Below, in pieces: positions 20,505 through 30,215 of a DNA stretch of 64,000 nucleotides; within the stretch, counting starts at the first letter, position 1; each line of letters opens with the position of its first letter. Origin of the DNA: an uncultured Spirochaetota bacterium (GTDB taxonomy: Bacteria; Spirochaetota; Spirochaetia; SZUA-6; Fen-1364); assembly GCA_963781885.1 (NCBI GenBank), contig CAWAHW010000002.1, forward strand, positions 1,056,001 through 1,120,000, given 5' to 3'. The position numbers and the translations under genes are program-made. The notes under the pieces were generated by a model. It was not told the DNA's origin, made no database searches, and worked only from the letters and a program-made list of their open reading frames with translations.

Positions 20505-20563
20505 GTCACGGTATATATATGCGGCCTTTGGATATTTGTCAAGGGAGAAAACGCACGCCGAAT

Positions 20564-22051
20564 CTAGAATGTGGCCGCGCGCCGCTCGAATGATTTCTGC
20601 AGTCGGTCCAGGATTGCGCGCGCCTGCTCCTCGTCCTGGATGCGGAAATCGCTCAGCACGGGCCTTTCGATCTGCTCGAAGTTGATCAGGTCGCGCTCGA
20701 TACCGGTGTAGGCGTTGGCGAGATAGACGCAGAATACGACGTCCTTGTACTGGAGCGGACTGGACAGCGGGTCGTGGTGGAACTTGATGCCGTGCACGAG
20801 CTGCTCGGGGAAGTTCCACTTCTTGGCGATGAGCGCGCCGATGTCGGCGTGATTGAGGCCGAAGGAGAAGCGCTCCAGGATGCGCGGCGGGATGTCCTTC
20901 TCCTTGCAGAACCGGGCCATCTGCTCCATCGCATTGGGATGGAGATAGCTCACGATGATCTGGCCCAGGTCGTGCAGGATGCCCGCGACGTAGACGTCGT
21001 CCAGGATGTCGGCCTTCGGCTTGAGGCTGCGCGCCAGAAGATAGGCGTAGTAGGCGACGCGGTTGGAGTGCTCCCAGAGCGTCTTCATCTCCGCGTACTT
21101 CTCCCCGAGTATCTTCTGCGCGCCGTAGGAATAGAGCAGGTTGCGCAGGCCCTTCATGCCGACGATTTTCACGCCCTGGAGGATGTTGTTCACCCGGCGG
21201 GGCAGCACGTAGTGCGCCGAGTTCACGAGCTTCAGGAGGTCCGCCGTCAGCGTGGGGTCCGTGGCAATGCGGCCCGCCATCTGGGCGATGGTCGCCCGGG
21301 GGTCCTCCGTGAGGTGGATGAGCTCGACGATCGTCTCGGGGAAATGCGGCAGGGAATCGACGTCGCGGACGATGGCCTCCGTGAGCACGCTGATCTTTTC
21401 CAGCTGCACCTGACTCATGGGGATGCTGAGAGTCGCCACGGTCTCTCCGTCGTGCGGCTCGATGGAGAATGCCTCCTCCCCGAGCCCCAGGCGGCGGAGG
21501 AACTGCAGGAGGATGAGGATGCCCAGCCCCGCGCCCTCCGTTGAATCGATGGGCTGCGCAAGGGCCTCCACGAAGGAATGGAACGCACGGGCGCGCGTGA
21601 TGCGGTCGTAGATGCGCGTCTGCTCCCGCGGGGTGAGCTCCGCGCTGTTGCGCACGGATATCTCGAGGCTCCCGCGCGTCGTATGGAACGTGACGCCGAT
21701 GTACTGGCTGCGCTCCTTCAGCAGGTCGAGCCAGTGCTCCAGACGTTCGGCGGATTGCACGCGGAAATCCTTCATGCCCGCGTCGTAGTCGCCGTCGTTG
21801 AGGATGTCCAGACCCTTCTCCTCGAAATAGAGCCGCTTCATGTTCGCCTTCTGCGCGTTCACGATCAGCTCCTTCAGGCAGTAGGAGAGCGGCTCGAGGA
21901 TGCGCTCCTGGCCGAGCTCGGCAAGGTAGGCTTCCAGGATCCTGTCCAGCAGGGCATGTGATTCATGCGGAAGGCTTGTCAGGCGGAAGGTGAGGGGAAT
22001 CGAGCGCAGGGCTGCCTTCTGAATTTCAGAGATGTCGATTGTTGTAGCCAT
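20564..22051 (-). CDS. HDOD domain protein with N-terminal HATPase-like domain
   Basis: ELIVNA and GAGLG boxes; LPHFP, DPTLTADLLKLVNSA, AGILHDLG, HADIGALIAKKWNFP. Confidence 0.85.
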   Translation of the reverse strand: MATTIDISEIQKAALRSIPLTFRLTSLPHESHALLDRILEAYLAELGQERILEPLSYCLKELIVNAQKANMKRLYFEEKGLDILNDGDYDAGMKDFRVQSAERLEHWLDLLKERSQYIGVTFHTTRGSLEISVRNSAELTPREQTRIYDRITRARAFHSFVEALAQPIDSTEGAGLGILILLQFLRRLGLGEEAFSIEPHDGETVATLSIPMSQVQLEKISVLTEAIVRDVDSLPHFPETIVELIHLTEDPRATIAQMAGRIATDPTLTADLLKLVNSAHYVLPRRVNNILQGVKIVGMKGLRNLLYSYGAQKILGEKYAEMKTLWEHSNRVAYYAYLLARSLKPKADILDDVYVAGILHDLGQIIVSYLHPNAMEQMARFCKEKDIPPRILERFSFGLNHADIGALIAKKWNFPEQLVHGIKFHHDPLSSPLQYKDVVFCVYLANAYTGIERDLINFEQIERPVLSDFRIQDEEQARAILDRLQKSFERRAATF

Positions 22052-22126
22052 GCAGAAGGGAGTATAGCAGGAACCGGGCGGCAACGAAAGCCGCGGCAAC
22101 GGTCGTTCTCCGGCAGGGCCGGCGCT

Positions 22127-23902
22127 CTATGTCTCCGTTGCGAGGATGTCGTCGATGCTTTCCGGGTGCTCCTTGAATGACTCCAGCATCTGTATCCTCT
22201 GGAACGTCTCCAGGCTGTCAACGAACACGTCCACGATGTCCGGGTCGAAATGCGTCCCGCGTTCCCCCGTGATGATCTTCACCGCCTCTTCGTGGGGGAG
22301 GGCGTCCTTGTAGCTGCGCTTGCTTGTCAGGGCGTCATAGACGTCCGCCACCGCCACCAGACGCGCCGAGAGCGGGATCTGATCGCCCTTGCGGCCCGCG
22401 GGATAGCCGCCGCCGTCCCAGCGCTCATGGTGGGAGAATGCCACTTCCTTGCCGATGGTGAGAAAGGATTCCAGCTTCACCTCGAGGTCCACGGAGCGCA
22501 GCGCCTCGCCGCCCAGAGTGGCATGGCGCTTCATCTTCTCGAACTCCGCGGGGGTGAGCCGGCCGGGCTTCTGCAGGAGCGCGTCCTCGATGCCGATCTT
22601 GCCCACGTCGTGGAGCACGGAGGAGAGGCAGAGGTCCTCGATGTAGTCAGGCGTGATGTAGGCGGCGTATTTCGGCAGTTTTGCAAGACCGGTGGCGAGC
22701 ACACGCGTGTACTCGCGGATGCGCTCCAGGTGCTTTCCCGTGTCCAGGTCGCGGTATTCCGTGAGCTTTGCGAACCCGAGGATGGCGGCGGACTGCGTCT
22801 CCTTGATCTGCAGGAACGACGCCTGGAGCTTTTTCTCCAGGCGGACGCGCTCGGTGAGATCGCGCTCCATGATGGAGTAGGCGATGGTCTCACCGGTCGT
22901 GCTCGTGAGGGCGGAGTACGAGGCGTAGGTGAACTTGATGGTGCCATCCGCGCAGCGCCGCGGCACGTCGGTCTCCACGTGCCGCCCCTTGTTGCGATCC
23001 ACAAGCGAGATGATCTGGGCGATGGGGATGCTTTTCTTGTGGACCTGGAAGACCTCGTTGAAATCGCGGCCGACGATGTCGTCGCGTCGGTAGCCATACA
23101 TCTTCTCCGCGTAATAATTGCAGTTCACGATCTTCCCCAGCGGATCGACGATGATGATGGAGGAGAGGATGGTGTCGAAGAGGAGCATGTAGTTGCGCTC
23201 CGAGATCTTGAGGCGCGCCTCCAGGTTCTTGACGTACGTGACGTCCTTGAAATGCGTGGTGTACCCCGTGACCACGCCGCGGTCGTCGCGGACGACCCAG
23301 GAGGTGTCCAGCACGCGCCGCGGCTGGCGCGCACGCGTGAAAAGATGCGTCTCAAGGTTGTAGACCGCGTCCGATTCGGCAAGACGAAGGATCTTGTCCT
23401 CCAGCTCGGGCAGGTGCGCGTAGAGGGCGGAGATGTTCGGCAGCGCGTCCCCCTGCTCCCAGCCCAGGAGCTCCCGGAAGGCGGGGTTGGCGAGCGTGAT
23501 CGTGCCGGTCAGGTCCGCCGAGATGAGCGGGTCTCCGATGTTGCTGAAGAGATTCTCCAGCTCCCGCCGGGAGCGCTTGGCCGTGGTGCCGCCGGTCGGA
23601 GCCGCGGTGACGCGCGCGAGGGTGTAGCTGTCGTGATGGGCCCCCATCGTGAGCGCCGAGATGGTGAAAAGCCGCGGCGTGCCGCCATGGTCCTCGATCA
23701 GCACCTCATGGTCGCACGACCCGTCCTTTTCCGCCGCGCTGAGGGCGGTGAGGAGCTCGGATTCGCGCGCGAGCACGTCCGTCGTGCAAAGTCCTGTGGA
23801 TTTCAGAAGGACGTCATTCCAGAAGACGATCCTGCGGTCCGCGTTGACGATGAAAAAGCCGTCCGCGAACTCGTCGATGATCTTCAGGAGGATCTCATTC
23901 AC
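22127..23902 (-). CDS. Multi-PAS HD-GYP c-di-GMP phosphodiesterase
   Basis: Three PAS-like segments; TGKHLERI, LHDVGKIG, HHERWDGGGYP, VADVYDALT. Confidence 0.9.
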   Translation of the reverse strand: MNEILLKIIDEFADGFFIVNADRRIVFWNDVLLKSTGLCTTDVLARESELLTALSAAEKDGSCDHEVLIEDHGGTPRLFTISALTMGAHHDSYTLARVTAAPTGGTTAKRSRRELENLFSNIGDPLISADLTGTITLANPAFRELLGWEQGDALPNISALYAHLPELEDKILRLAESDAVYNLETHLFTRARQPRRVLDTSWVVRDDRGVVTGYTTHFKDVTYVKNLEARLKISERNYMLLFDTILSSIIIVDPLGKIVNCNYYAEKMYGYRRDDIVGRDFNEVFQVHKKSIPIAQIISLVDRNKGRHVETDVPRRCADGTIKFTYASYSALTSTTGETIAYSIMERDLTERVRLEKKLQASFLQIKETQSAAILGFAKLTEYRDLDTGKHLERIREYTRVLATGLAKLPKYAAYITPDYIEDLCLSSVLHDVGKIGIEDALLQKPGRLTPAEFEKMKRHATLGGEALRSVDLEVKLESFLTIGKEVAFSHHERWDGGGYPAGRKGDQIPLSARLVAVADVYDALTSKRSYKDALPHEEAVKIITGERGTHFDPDIVDVFVDSLETFQRIQMLESFKEHPESIDDILATET

Positions 23903-24030
23903 GAAGCATCCTTTCGGGGACGGGAAAGCGTAGCACCGCGGGCAGGTGGTGTCAATGCGACGTCGTCCCCCGCCTTTTCAATCTTTCAATCGCCGGGCTT
24001 TCTCTCTATACTATAGGCCGGGAGCGGTGA

Positions 24031-25998
24031 ATGAGAAAAATCCGCATTGTCGTCCTCCTCCTGGTCGGTGTCTCTCGCCTGCTTCCCGCCGAGCCCCTCG
24101 GCGCCGCATGGACGCCGGTCGTTCCGGAGGGCCGCGGCATGTGGCTGCGGAGCGAAGGGACCCTGCCGGCCGGCAGTTTTGCGCTTGTCGTGTCCCCCGC
24201 GGCGGTCGTGGAACAGGTCACGCTCGACGCCGTGGTCGTCGAACGGCCCGTCGACGCCGCGGCCCCCGCGTACCGCGCCTTCATGCTCCCCGCGACCCAG
24301 GACGCCGGCGCGCACGTGCTCACGGTGCGCTACCACGCCACGGGGATCACCGACGCGCTGCCGACTTTCACCGTGGTGCCCGGCGCCGGCATCCGCACGC
24401 GCCTGGCGCTCCTTAATATTCCCGTGATCCCCCTGAGGCTTTTCGCGGGGCTCTTCTCCCTTCTGCTCGCCATCCAGTTTCTCATCCAATACATCCGTCA
24501 ACGCTCCACGGAGACTTTTCTTCTGATTGCCATGCTCGCGGCCAACGCGCTCTCGGAGCTGTTTCCTGCCTACCTGGTCGTTTTCGTCCCCATGGGCATC
24601 GCAGTGAAGATCGGGGGAGCGGCATTCGCGGTGGCTGCCGTGACGCTCCTTTACTCGATGCTGCGGATGCTGAAATTCGACCGGTTGCCGTTCGTGCTGC
24701 CCCTCGTGCTCTGTCCGATCGCCGCCGCCTGTGTCATGGCAGCGTCTCCCCACCTGTCCCTCATGGTCGCCGCGGGCCTGGTGACGCGCGGTGTGCTTGC
24801 CGCCTGCTTCGCCTGCGTGGCGGTGCTCTGCGGCGTGAGCATGCTCAAGGCGGGATTCCGCCGTGCGCTCCTCCCGCTCCTCCTTTCCGTGTCCCTGTTC
24901 GCGGCGCTGGCCGCCGGTGTCGCACTCGACGTTCTCCTGCCGGGGCGGGCGTTCATCGCCTTCCTGCCCGGCCTCCTCATCGCCCTGTTCCAGGGCTCCG
25001 TTTCAACGAGCGAGCTCCTGCGCACGCAGGGCATGTACCGGCAGACCAGCCAGGAGCTGATCGAGCGCATCGAGAGCGACTGGGAGATGATCGAGCGCAT
25101 CCGCGAGGGCAAGGAGCTCCTGGAAAAGCGCAACATCGACATCATGAAGCTTTCCGGGAAGCTCCTGGAAAGCGCGCAGAAGCAGTCTTTCACCATCGGC
25201 GGTCTCATCGTCTCCCTGGAGGATGCCGGCACGGGAGAGTCGCGGGTCGTCGCGAAGGAAAGGGACATCCTCGGCTACACGGAGCAGGTGGACGGCCTGA
25301 TCACGAGCTTCAACACCCAGATCCTCGAGACGCTGGAGGAGATGGAAGCCCTCTACCAGCGCTCCATCGTGATCCGCAAGGCGGTGAGCCAGATCATCGG
25401 CATCGCCGAGAAGACGCACATGCTTTCCCTGAACGCCTCCATCGAGGCGGCAAAGGCCGGCGCGGCGGGAAAAGGCTTCTCCGTCGTCGCGCAGGAGATC
25501 CGCAAGCTCGCCGACCTCACCCGCACCGTGTCCGATCAGGTGAGCGCGGTCATACGGGATACCAACCGCGGCATCGAGAAGGGCGTGAGCCGCATCAAGG
25601 GCCTGGGCACGGGATTCGTGGAGATCATGAAACGGAGCGAGGAAATCCGGACGATGATCGCGGAGAACTCGCACGCCTTGGAAGACGTGAGCAGGGCGCA
25701 TACCCACATCCAGGACGGGCTTGCCGGCGTCGACAGCCTGATACGGGCGATCCTCGAGGTTTCCCACGACATGCGCGAGATGACCGACCGGCTCGCCGCG
25801 GCATTCTCCTGGTTCGGCGAGACCCTGAAGCTGAAGGAAGAGGCGGCGGGCACGCTTCCGCCCATGGCGGCGATGCCTCCCGAGGCGACCGATTTGCCGG
25901 TGGAGGCGGCCGAGGTGGAGGAAATACCCGACGACGCGCCCGGCGCGGAGCTCACGAGCGCTGCCTCCAGCAACGCCGGCTCGTCCGGGACGCCCTGA
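24031..25998 (+). CDS. Multi-TM methyl-accepting chemotaxis-like protein
   Basis: Signal peptide, about 7 hydrophobic helices, [37 protein letters not shown] tip motif. Confidence 0.85.
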   Translation: MRKIRIVVLLLVGVSRLLPAEPLGAAWTPVVPEGRGMWLRSEGTLPAGSFALVVSPAAVVEQVTLDAVVVERPVDAAAPAYRAFMLPATQDAGAHVLTVRYHATGITDALPTFTVVPGAGIRTRLALLNIPVIPLRLFAGLFSLLLAIQFLIQYIRQRSTETFLLIAMLAANALSELFPAYLVVFVPMGIAVKIGGAAFAVAAVTLLYSMLRMLKFDRLPFVLPLVLCPIAAACVMAASPHLSLMVAAGLVTRGVLAACFACVAVLCGVSMLKAGFRRALLPLLLSVSLFAALAAGVALDVLLPGRAFIAFLPGLLIALFQGSVSTSELLRTQGMYRQTSQELIERIESDWEMIERIREGKELLEKRNIDIMKLSGKLLESAQKQSFTIGGLIVSLEDAGTGESRVVAKERDILGYTEQVDGLITSFNTQILETLEEMEALYQRSIVIRKAVSQIIGIAEKTHMLSLNASIEAAKAGAAGKGFSVVAQEIRKLADLTRTVSDQVSAVIRDTNRGIEKGVSRIKGLGTGFVEIMKRSEEIRTMIAENSHALEDVSRAHTHIQDGLAGVDSLIRAILEVSHDMREMTDRLAAAFSWFGETLKLKEEAAGTLPPMAAMPPEATDLPVEAAEVEEIPDDAPGAELTSAASSNAGSSGTP

Positions 25999-26009
25999 GA
26001 TTCCGGCGA

Positions 26010-26432
26010 CTATGAAACCGGTGCGTCTCCGATGAGGCACAGCCATTCCGCTTCCACGGCGACCTCCTCACCCACATACGCGGTACCCGACTGTCTGAGC
26101 ACTTTTTTGCTGATGCGCAGATTGCGGATGACCATGCGAAGCTCGTCGCCCGGCTTCACCTGGTGGCGGAATTTCGCCTTTTCAATTGCGGCCAGAAAGA
26201 AGAGCCCCGGATTGCCGGTCACCATTTTCACCCCTGCGCCTCCGCACTGCGCCATTGTCTCTATCAGAATGACCCCCGGGACAACGGGAAAGCCCGGGAA
26301 ATGGCCGGCAAAGAAAAACTCCTTCCCGGTAAAGCGTCGGTGGCCGATCACCTGTTCTTCGGTCGCGCTCTCGATGCGATCCACGAACAGGAATGGCTCC
26401 CGATGGGGGAGAAATTCTTTTATGTCGGTCAT
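26010..26432 (-). CDS. fabZ: 3-hydroxyacyl-ACP dehydratase
   Basis: LPHREPFLFVDRI, FFAGHFP, PGVILIETMAQ. Confidence 0.93.
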   Translation of the reverse strand: MTDIKEFLPHREPFLFVDRIESATEEQVIGHRRFTGKEFFFAGHFPGFPVVPGVILIETMAQCGGAGVKMVTGNPGLFFLAAIEKAKFRHQVKPGDELRMVIRNLRISKKVLRQSGTAYVGEEVAVEAEWLCLIGDAPVS

Positions 26433-26571
26433 GGTCGGGACAGTAGCATGGGTCGCATGGCTTGGGAAGGTGGTTGAATTGACACTCGCGGGGTCAAATG
26501 CTAATTTCCGACCGATTTAGTCATGGATACGAAAGTCTTGCGGCTGTTCGAATCTGACGAAGAGGAAGAAA

Positions 26572-27011
26572 ATGGAACTGAAAGATCTATACGCCTTGAT
26601 GGAGAAATTCGAGAAAAGCGGGCTTTCGGAGCTGAGCTATAAAAAAGACGGCACTGAGGTAAGCCTAAAAAAAGCCTCTGCGGTTCCCGCCTATGCTCCG
26701 CCTGCGCCACCGTATCCTTCCGCGCGTGAAGCGCACCAGGCGCCCGCAGAGACAGCCCGGCCGGATCCGGTACCGAGCTCATCAGGGCGCCGCTCGTGGG
26801 GACATTCTATCGTGCCCCCGCGCCTGATGCGCCCCCATTTGCGGAAAAGGGCGACACCATCAAGAAGGGCAAACCTCTCTGCATCCTCGAGGCCATGAAG
26901 CTGATGAACGAATTCCAGGCCGAGTTCGATCTGGAGGTCGTCGAAGTGCTCGTGGACAACGGCAAGATGGTTGAGTTCGGCGCGCCCCTCTTCGAGGTGC
27001 GCCGGTTATGA
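26572..27011 (+). CDS. accB: Acetyl-CoA carboxylase biotin carboxyl carrier protein (frameshift in linker, ~26690-26765)
   Basis: N-term KSGLSELSY in one frame; APLVGTFYRAP...EAMKLMNE in another; TTGACA-17-TAATTT promoter upstream. Confidence 0.85.
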
Positions 27012-28336
27012 TCCAGAGTCTCCTGATCGCGAATCGCGGCGAGATCGCTCTCCGCGTCATCCGCACCTGCCGCGAAATGGGCATCCGTACGGTCGTGGCG
27101 CACTCCGTCGCGGACCGGGACTCCCTGCCGGTGCGGAGCGCGGACGCGAGCGTCTGCATCGGCCCCGCGCCGGCGCGCGACAGCTACCTGAACGTCCGCA
27201 ACCTCGTGACCGCGGGCGTCCTCTGCGGCTGTGACGCCGTGCATCCCGGTGTCGGGTTCCTGTCGGAAAACGCCGGCTTTGCCCGCGAGGTGCGCGACGC
27301 GGGGCTCATCTTCATCGGCCCCGACCCTGACGTCATCGACCTGCTGGGCGACAAGATCCGGGCGAAACGCTCGGCGATGGAGCTGGGCATCCCCGTGATC
27401 CCGGGAAGCGCCGGCTCCGTCGGCAATGTGAAGGAAGCGCGGGAGGCCGCAGACTCGCTTGGGTATCCGCTGATCGTGAAGGCGGCGGCGGGCGGCGGCG
27501 GCAAGGGCATGCGCATCGTCAGGAGCGATCGGGAGCTGTCCGACGTGCTCGCCGTGGCCTCGCAGGAAGCGATGAAGGCATTCGCGGACGGCACCGTGTA
27601 TCTGGAGAAGTACCTGGAGAATCCCCGGCACGTGGAGATCCAGATCGTGGCCGACAGGAAAGGCAATGTCGTGCACCTTGGAGAGCGGGACTGCACGGTC
27701 CAGCAGAACCACCAGAAGCTCATCGAGGAAAGCCCGTCCGTCGTCGTCACGCCGGACCTCCGCGCCCGCATGGGGGAGGATGCCGTGCGCCTGTTGCGCG
27801 TTCTGGGCTACACGGGGGCGGGGACGGTGGAGTTTCTCGTCGACGAGGGGAAGCACTATTTCATGGAGGTGAACGCCCGCGTGCAGGTGGAGCACCCGGT
27901 GTCCGAGGCGGTCACCGGCATCGACATCATACGGCAGCAGATCCTCGCGGCAAGCGACGAGGCGCTGGAGTTCCGCCAGGAGGACGTCACGCTCGGCGGC
28001 TACGCCGTGGAATGCCGCATCAATGCGCGCTCGGCGGGAAGGGTAACGCGATTCGAGAGCCCCGGCGGTTTCGGCGTCCGCATGGACACATTCCTCTACG
28101 CCGGTTACTTCGTCCCACCCTGGTACGACCACCTGGTGGCAAAGCTCATCTGCGTCGGCAGGACCCGTCCCGAGGGGTTGCGGCGCATGGAAAGGGCCCT
28201 GCGCGAGCTCACGATCGAGGGGATCGAGACGAACGTCGCGTCGCAACGAAAGATCGTGGCGCATCCGCGATTCCGCAAGGGCGTGTACGGGACGAGCCTC
28301 TTGGGCGAGCTTCTGAAGGAAGGGGCACTGCAATGA
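27008..28336 (+). CDS. accC: Biotin carboxylase
   Basis: LIANRGEIALR, GGGGKGMR, EVNARVQVEHPV. Confidence 0.95.
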   Translation: MIQSLLIANRGEIALRVIRTCREMGIRTVVAHSVADRDSLPVRSADASVCIGPAPARDSYLNVRNLVTAGVLCGCDAVHPGVGFLSENAGFAREVRDAGLIFIGPDPDVIDLLGDKIRAKRSAMELGIPVIPGSAGSVGNVKEAREAADSLGYPLIVKAAAGGGGKGMRIVRSDRELSDVLAVASQEAMKAFADGTVYLEKYLENPRHVEIQIVADRKGNVVHLGERDCTVQQNHQKLIEESPSVVVTPDLRARMGEDAVRLLRVLGYTGAGTVEFLVDEGKHYFMEVNARVQVEHPVSEAVTGIDIIRQQILAASDEALEFRQEDVTLGGYAVECRINARSAGRVTRFESPGGFGVRMDTFLYAGYFVPPWYDHLVAKLICVGRTRPEGLRRMERALRELTIEGIETNVASQRKIVAHPRFRKGVYGTSLLGELLKEGALQ

Positions 28337-29202
28337 AATCAAAGGGGATCCAGGGCTGGATCCGCGGCCGCATCGAGCATCCCGTGCGGAAGAAGCGCGA
28401 CGAGCGCCTCCTTATCGATGAGACGCATTCCTGCCCTTCCTGCCACCGGCACCTGTCGACGCAGGAGCTGGAGACGACACTGTACATCTGCCCGCACTGC
28501 CAGCATCACTTCCGGCTCACCGCGTGGGAGCGCATCCGTTTTACCGCGGATGAAGGGGTGTTCCAGGAGCTTTCCTCGGAGATCGAGACGGCGAATCCGC
28601 TGGAGTTTCCCGATTACGAGCAGAAGCTCGACGCGGCGTTCCGCAAGACCGGCATCAAGGAGGCGGTGGTCACCGGCCTTTGCAAGGTCGACGGCCACGA
28701 GGTGGTCCTGGCAATCATGGACTTCCGTTTCATCGGCGGGAGCATGGGCGCCGTCGTGGGGGAGAAGGTGATGCGGGCCATGCTCGTCGCCGCGGAGCAG
28801 AAGCTGCCGATGATCGTCTTCACGTCCTCCGGCGGCGCGCGCATGCAGGAGGGCATCCTTTCCCTGATGCAAATGGCGAAGACCGCCGTCGCGACGCAGG
28901 CGCTGGACAAGGCGCGCTGCCCTTATTTTGTCGTGCTCACGGATCCGACCACCGCGGGCGTTCTTGCCTCCTTCGCGATGCTGGGCGACGTCACCCTTGC
29001 CGAGCCGGGAGCGCTCATGCGCTTTGCCGGCGCGCGCGTGGTGGCAGGCACCATCCGGGAGAAGGTGCCCGAAAACTTCCCCCTGTCGCAGTATCACTAT
29101 GAGCGCGGCTTCATCGACCTGATCGTGCCGCGGCAGGACATGCGCGCGACGCTCGGTTTCCTCCTGCGGACGCACATACCGGCGGCAGGAGGCAAGGGAT
29201 GA
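28333..29202 (+). CDS. accD: Acetyl-CoA carboxylase carboxyltransferase beta
   Basis: CxxC...CxxC zinc finger; GGSMGAVVGEK, SGGARMQEG. Confidence 0.93.
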   Translation: MKSKGIQGWIRGRIEHPVRKKRDERLLIDETHSCPSCHRHLSTQELETTLYICPHCQHHFRLTAWERIRFTADEGVFQELSSEIETANPLEFPDYEQKLDAAFRKTGIKEAVVTGLCKVDGHEVVLAIMDFRFIGGSMGAVVGEKVMRAMLVAAEQKLPMIVFTSSGGARMQEGILSLMQMAKTAVATQALDKARCPYFVVLTDPTTAGVLASFAMLGDVTLAEPGALMRFAGARVVAGTIREKVPENFPLSQYHYERGFIDLIVPRQDMRATLGFLLRTHIPAAGGKG

Positions 29203-30167
29203 GCGACCCGATCGTCCGCGAGAAGATCCTGGAGCTCAAGAGCATTGCGGAGAAGTCGCACATCGACATCTCCCGGGAGCTCGCGGAGCTGGAGATCAAG
29301 CTGAAAGGCACCCCCGTGCCGGAGAACGAGGCGTGGCGCAGGGTGGAGCTCGCACGGCACCCCGAGCGGCCCACGACCCTCCAGTACGCACAGGCGATAT
29401 TCGACGATTTCCTCGAGCTGCACGGGGACCGCAACTATGGCGATGACCCCGCGCTCGTGGGCGGTATTGCCGTTCTCAATGGCATGCCCGTCACGTTCTT
29501 CGGCCACCAGAAAGGCCAGAACATGAAGGACAACCTGATGCGTAACTTCGGCATGGCCCATCCCGAGGGATACCGCAAGGCGCTGCGTCTGGCCCGCCAG
29601 GCGGCGAAATTCGGCCGGCCCATCCTCACCTTCATCGACACCCCGGGCGCCTATCCGGGCGTGTCAGGGGAGGACCGGGGAATAAGCCAGGCGATCGCGC
29701 TCAACATGAAGGAGTTCTCGGTCCTGCCCGTGCCCATCATCGCGACGATACTCGGTGAGGGAGGATCGGGCGGCGCCATTGGCATCGGCGTGGCCGACAT
29801 CGTGCTCATGATGCAGAATGCCTACTATTCGGTGATCACGCCTGAAGGCTGCGCCTCCATCCTCCTGCGCGACTCTTCAAAGGCCCGCGAAGCGGCGGCG
29901 CTCCTGAAGCTCACGCCGCGCGATCTTCTTCGCTTCAGGGTCGTTGACAGGATCGTGGAAGAGCCCGCGCAGGGCGCGCACAAGGACCCGGCGGGCGCCG
30001 CGGCGGCGCTGAAAGCGGACATCCTCACGTCGCTGGCCGTGCTCTCCCGACGCAGCGTCGAGTCCCTGCTCGCGCAGCGGCACCAGAAATTCCTCAGCCT
30101 TGGGGTCTTCCACGAGGAGGAGGCGCGGCGCAGAAGCCTCCTGCAGAGATTGCGGGATTTCTTCTAG
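29199..30167 (+). CDS. accA: Acetyl-CoA carboxylase carboxyltransferase alpha
   Basis: ARHPERP, ELHGDR, PEGYRKALR, GEGGSGGA. Confidence 0.95.
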   Translation: MSDPIVREKILELKSIAEKSHIDISRELAELEIKLKGTPVPENEAWRRVELARHPERPTTLQYAQAIFDDFLELHGDRNYGDDPALVGGIAVLNGMPVTFFGHQKGQNMKDNLMRNFGMAHPEGYRKALRLARQAAKFGRPILTFIDTPGAYPGVSGEDRGISQAIALNMKEFSVLPVPIIATILGEGGSGGAIGIGVADIVLMMQNAYYSVITPEGCASILLRDSSKAREAAALLKLTPRDLLRFRVVDRIVEEPAQGAHKDPAGAAAALKADILTSLAVLSRRSVESLLAQRHQKFLSLGVFHEEEARRRSLLQRLRDFF

Positions 30168-30215
30168 AGCCGAACAATCGGCGCTCCCGGAGGGTCGCGG
30201 AAAGCCGCGACAGCC

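Noticed and set aside
26763-26780. BamHI-KpnI-SacI run (GGATCCGGTACCGAGCTC) resembling a vector polylinker
   Set aside because: It reads in frame as accB linker (GSGTEL) with no other vector sequence; likely chance in GC-rich DNA
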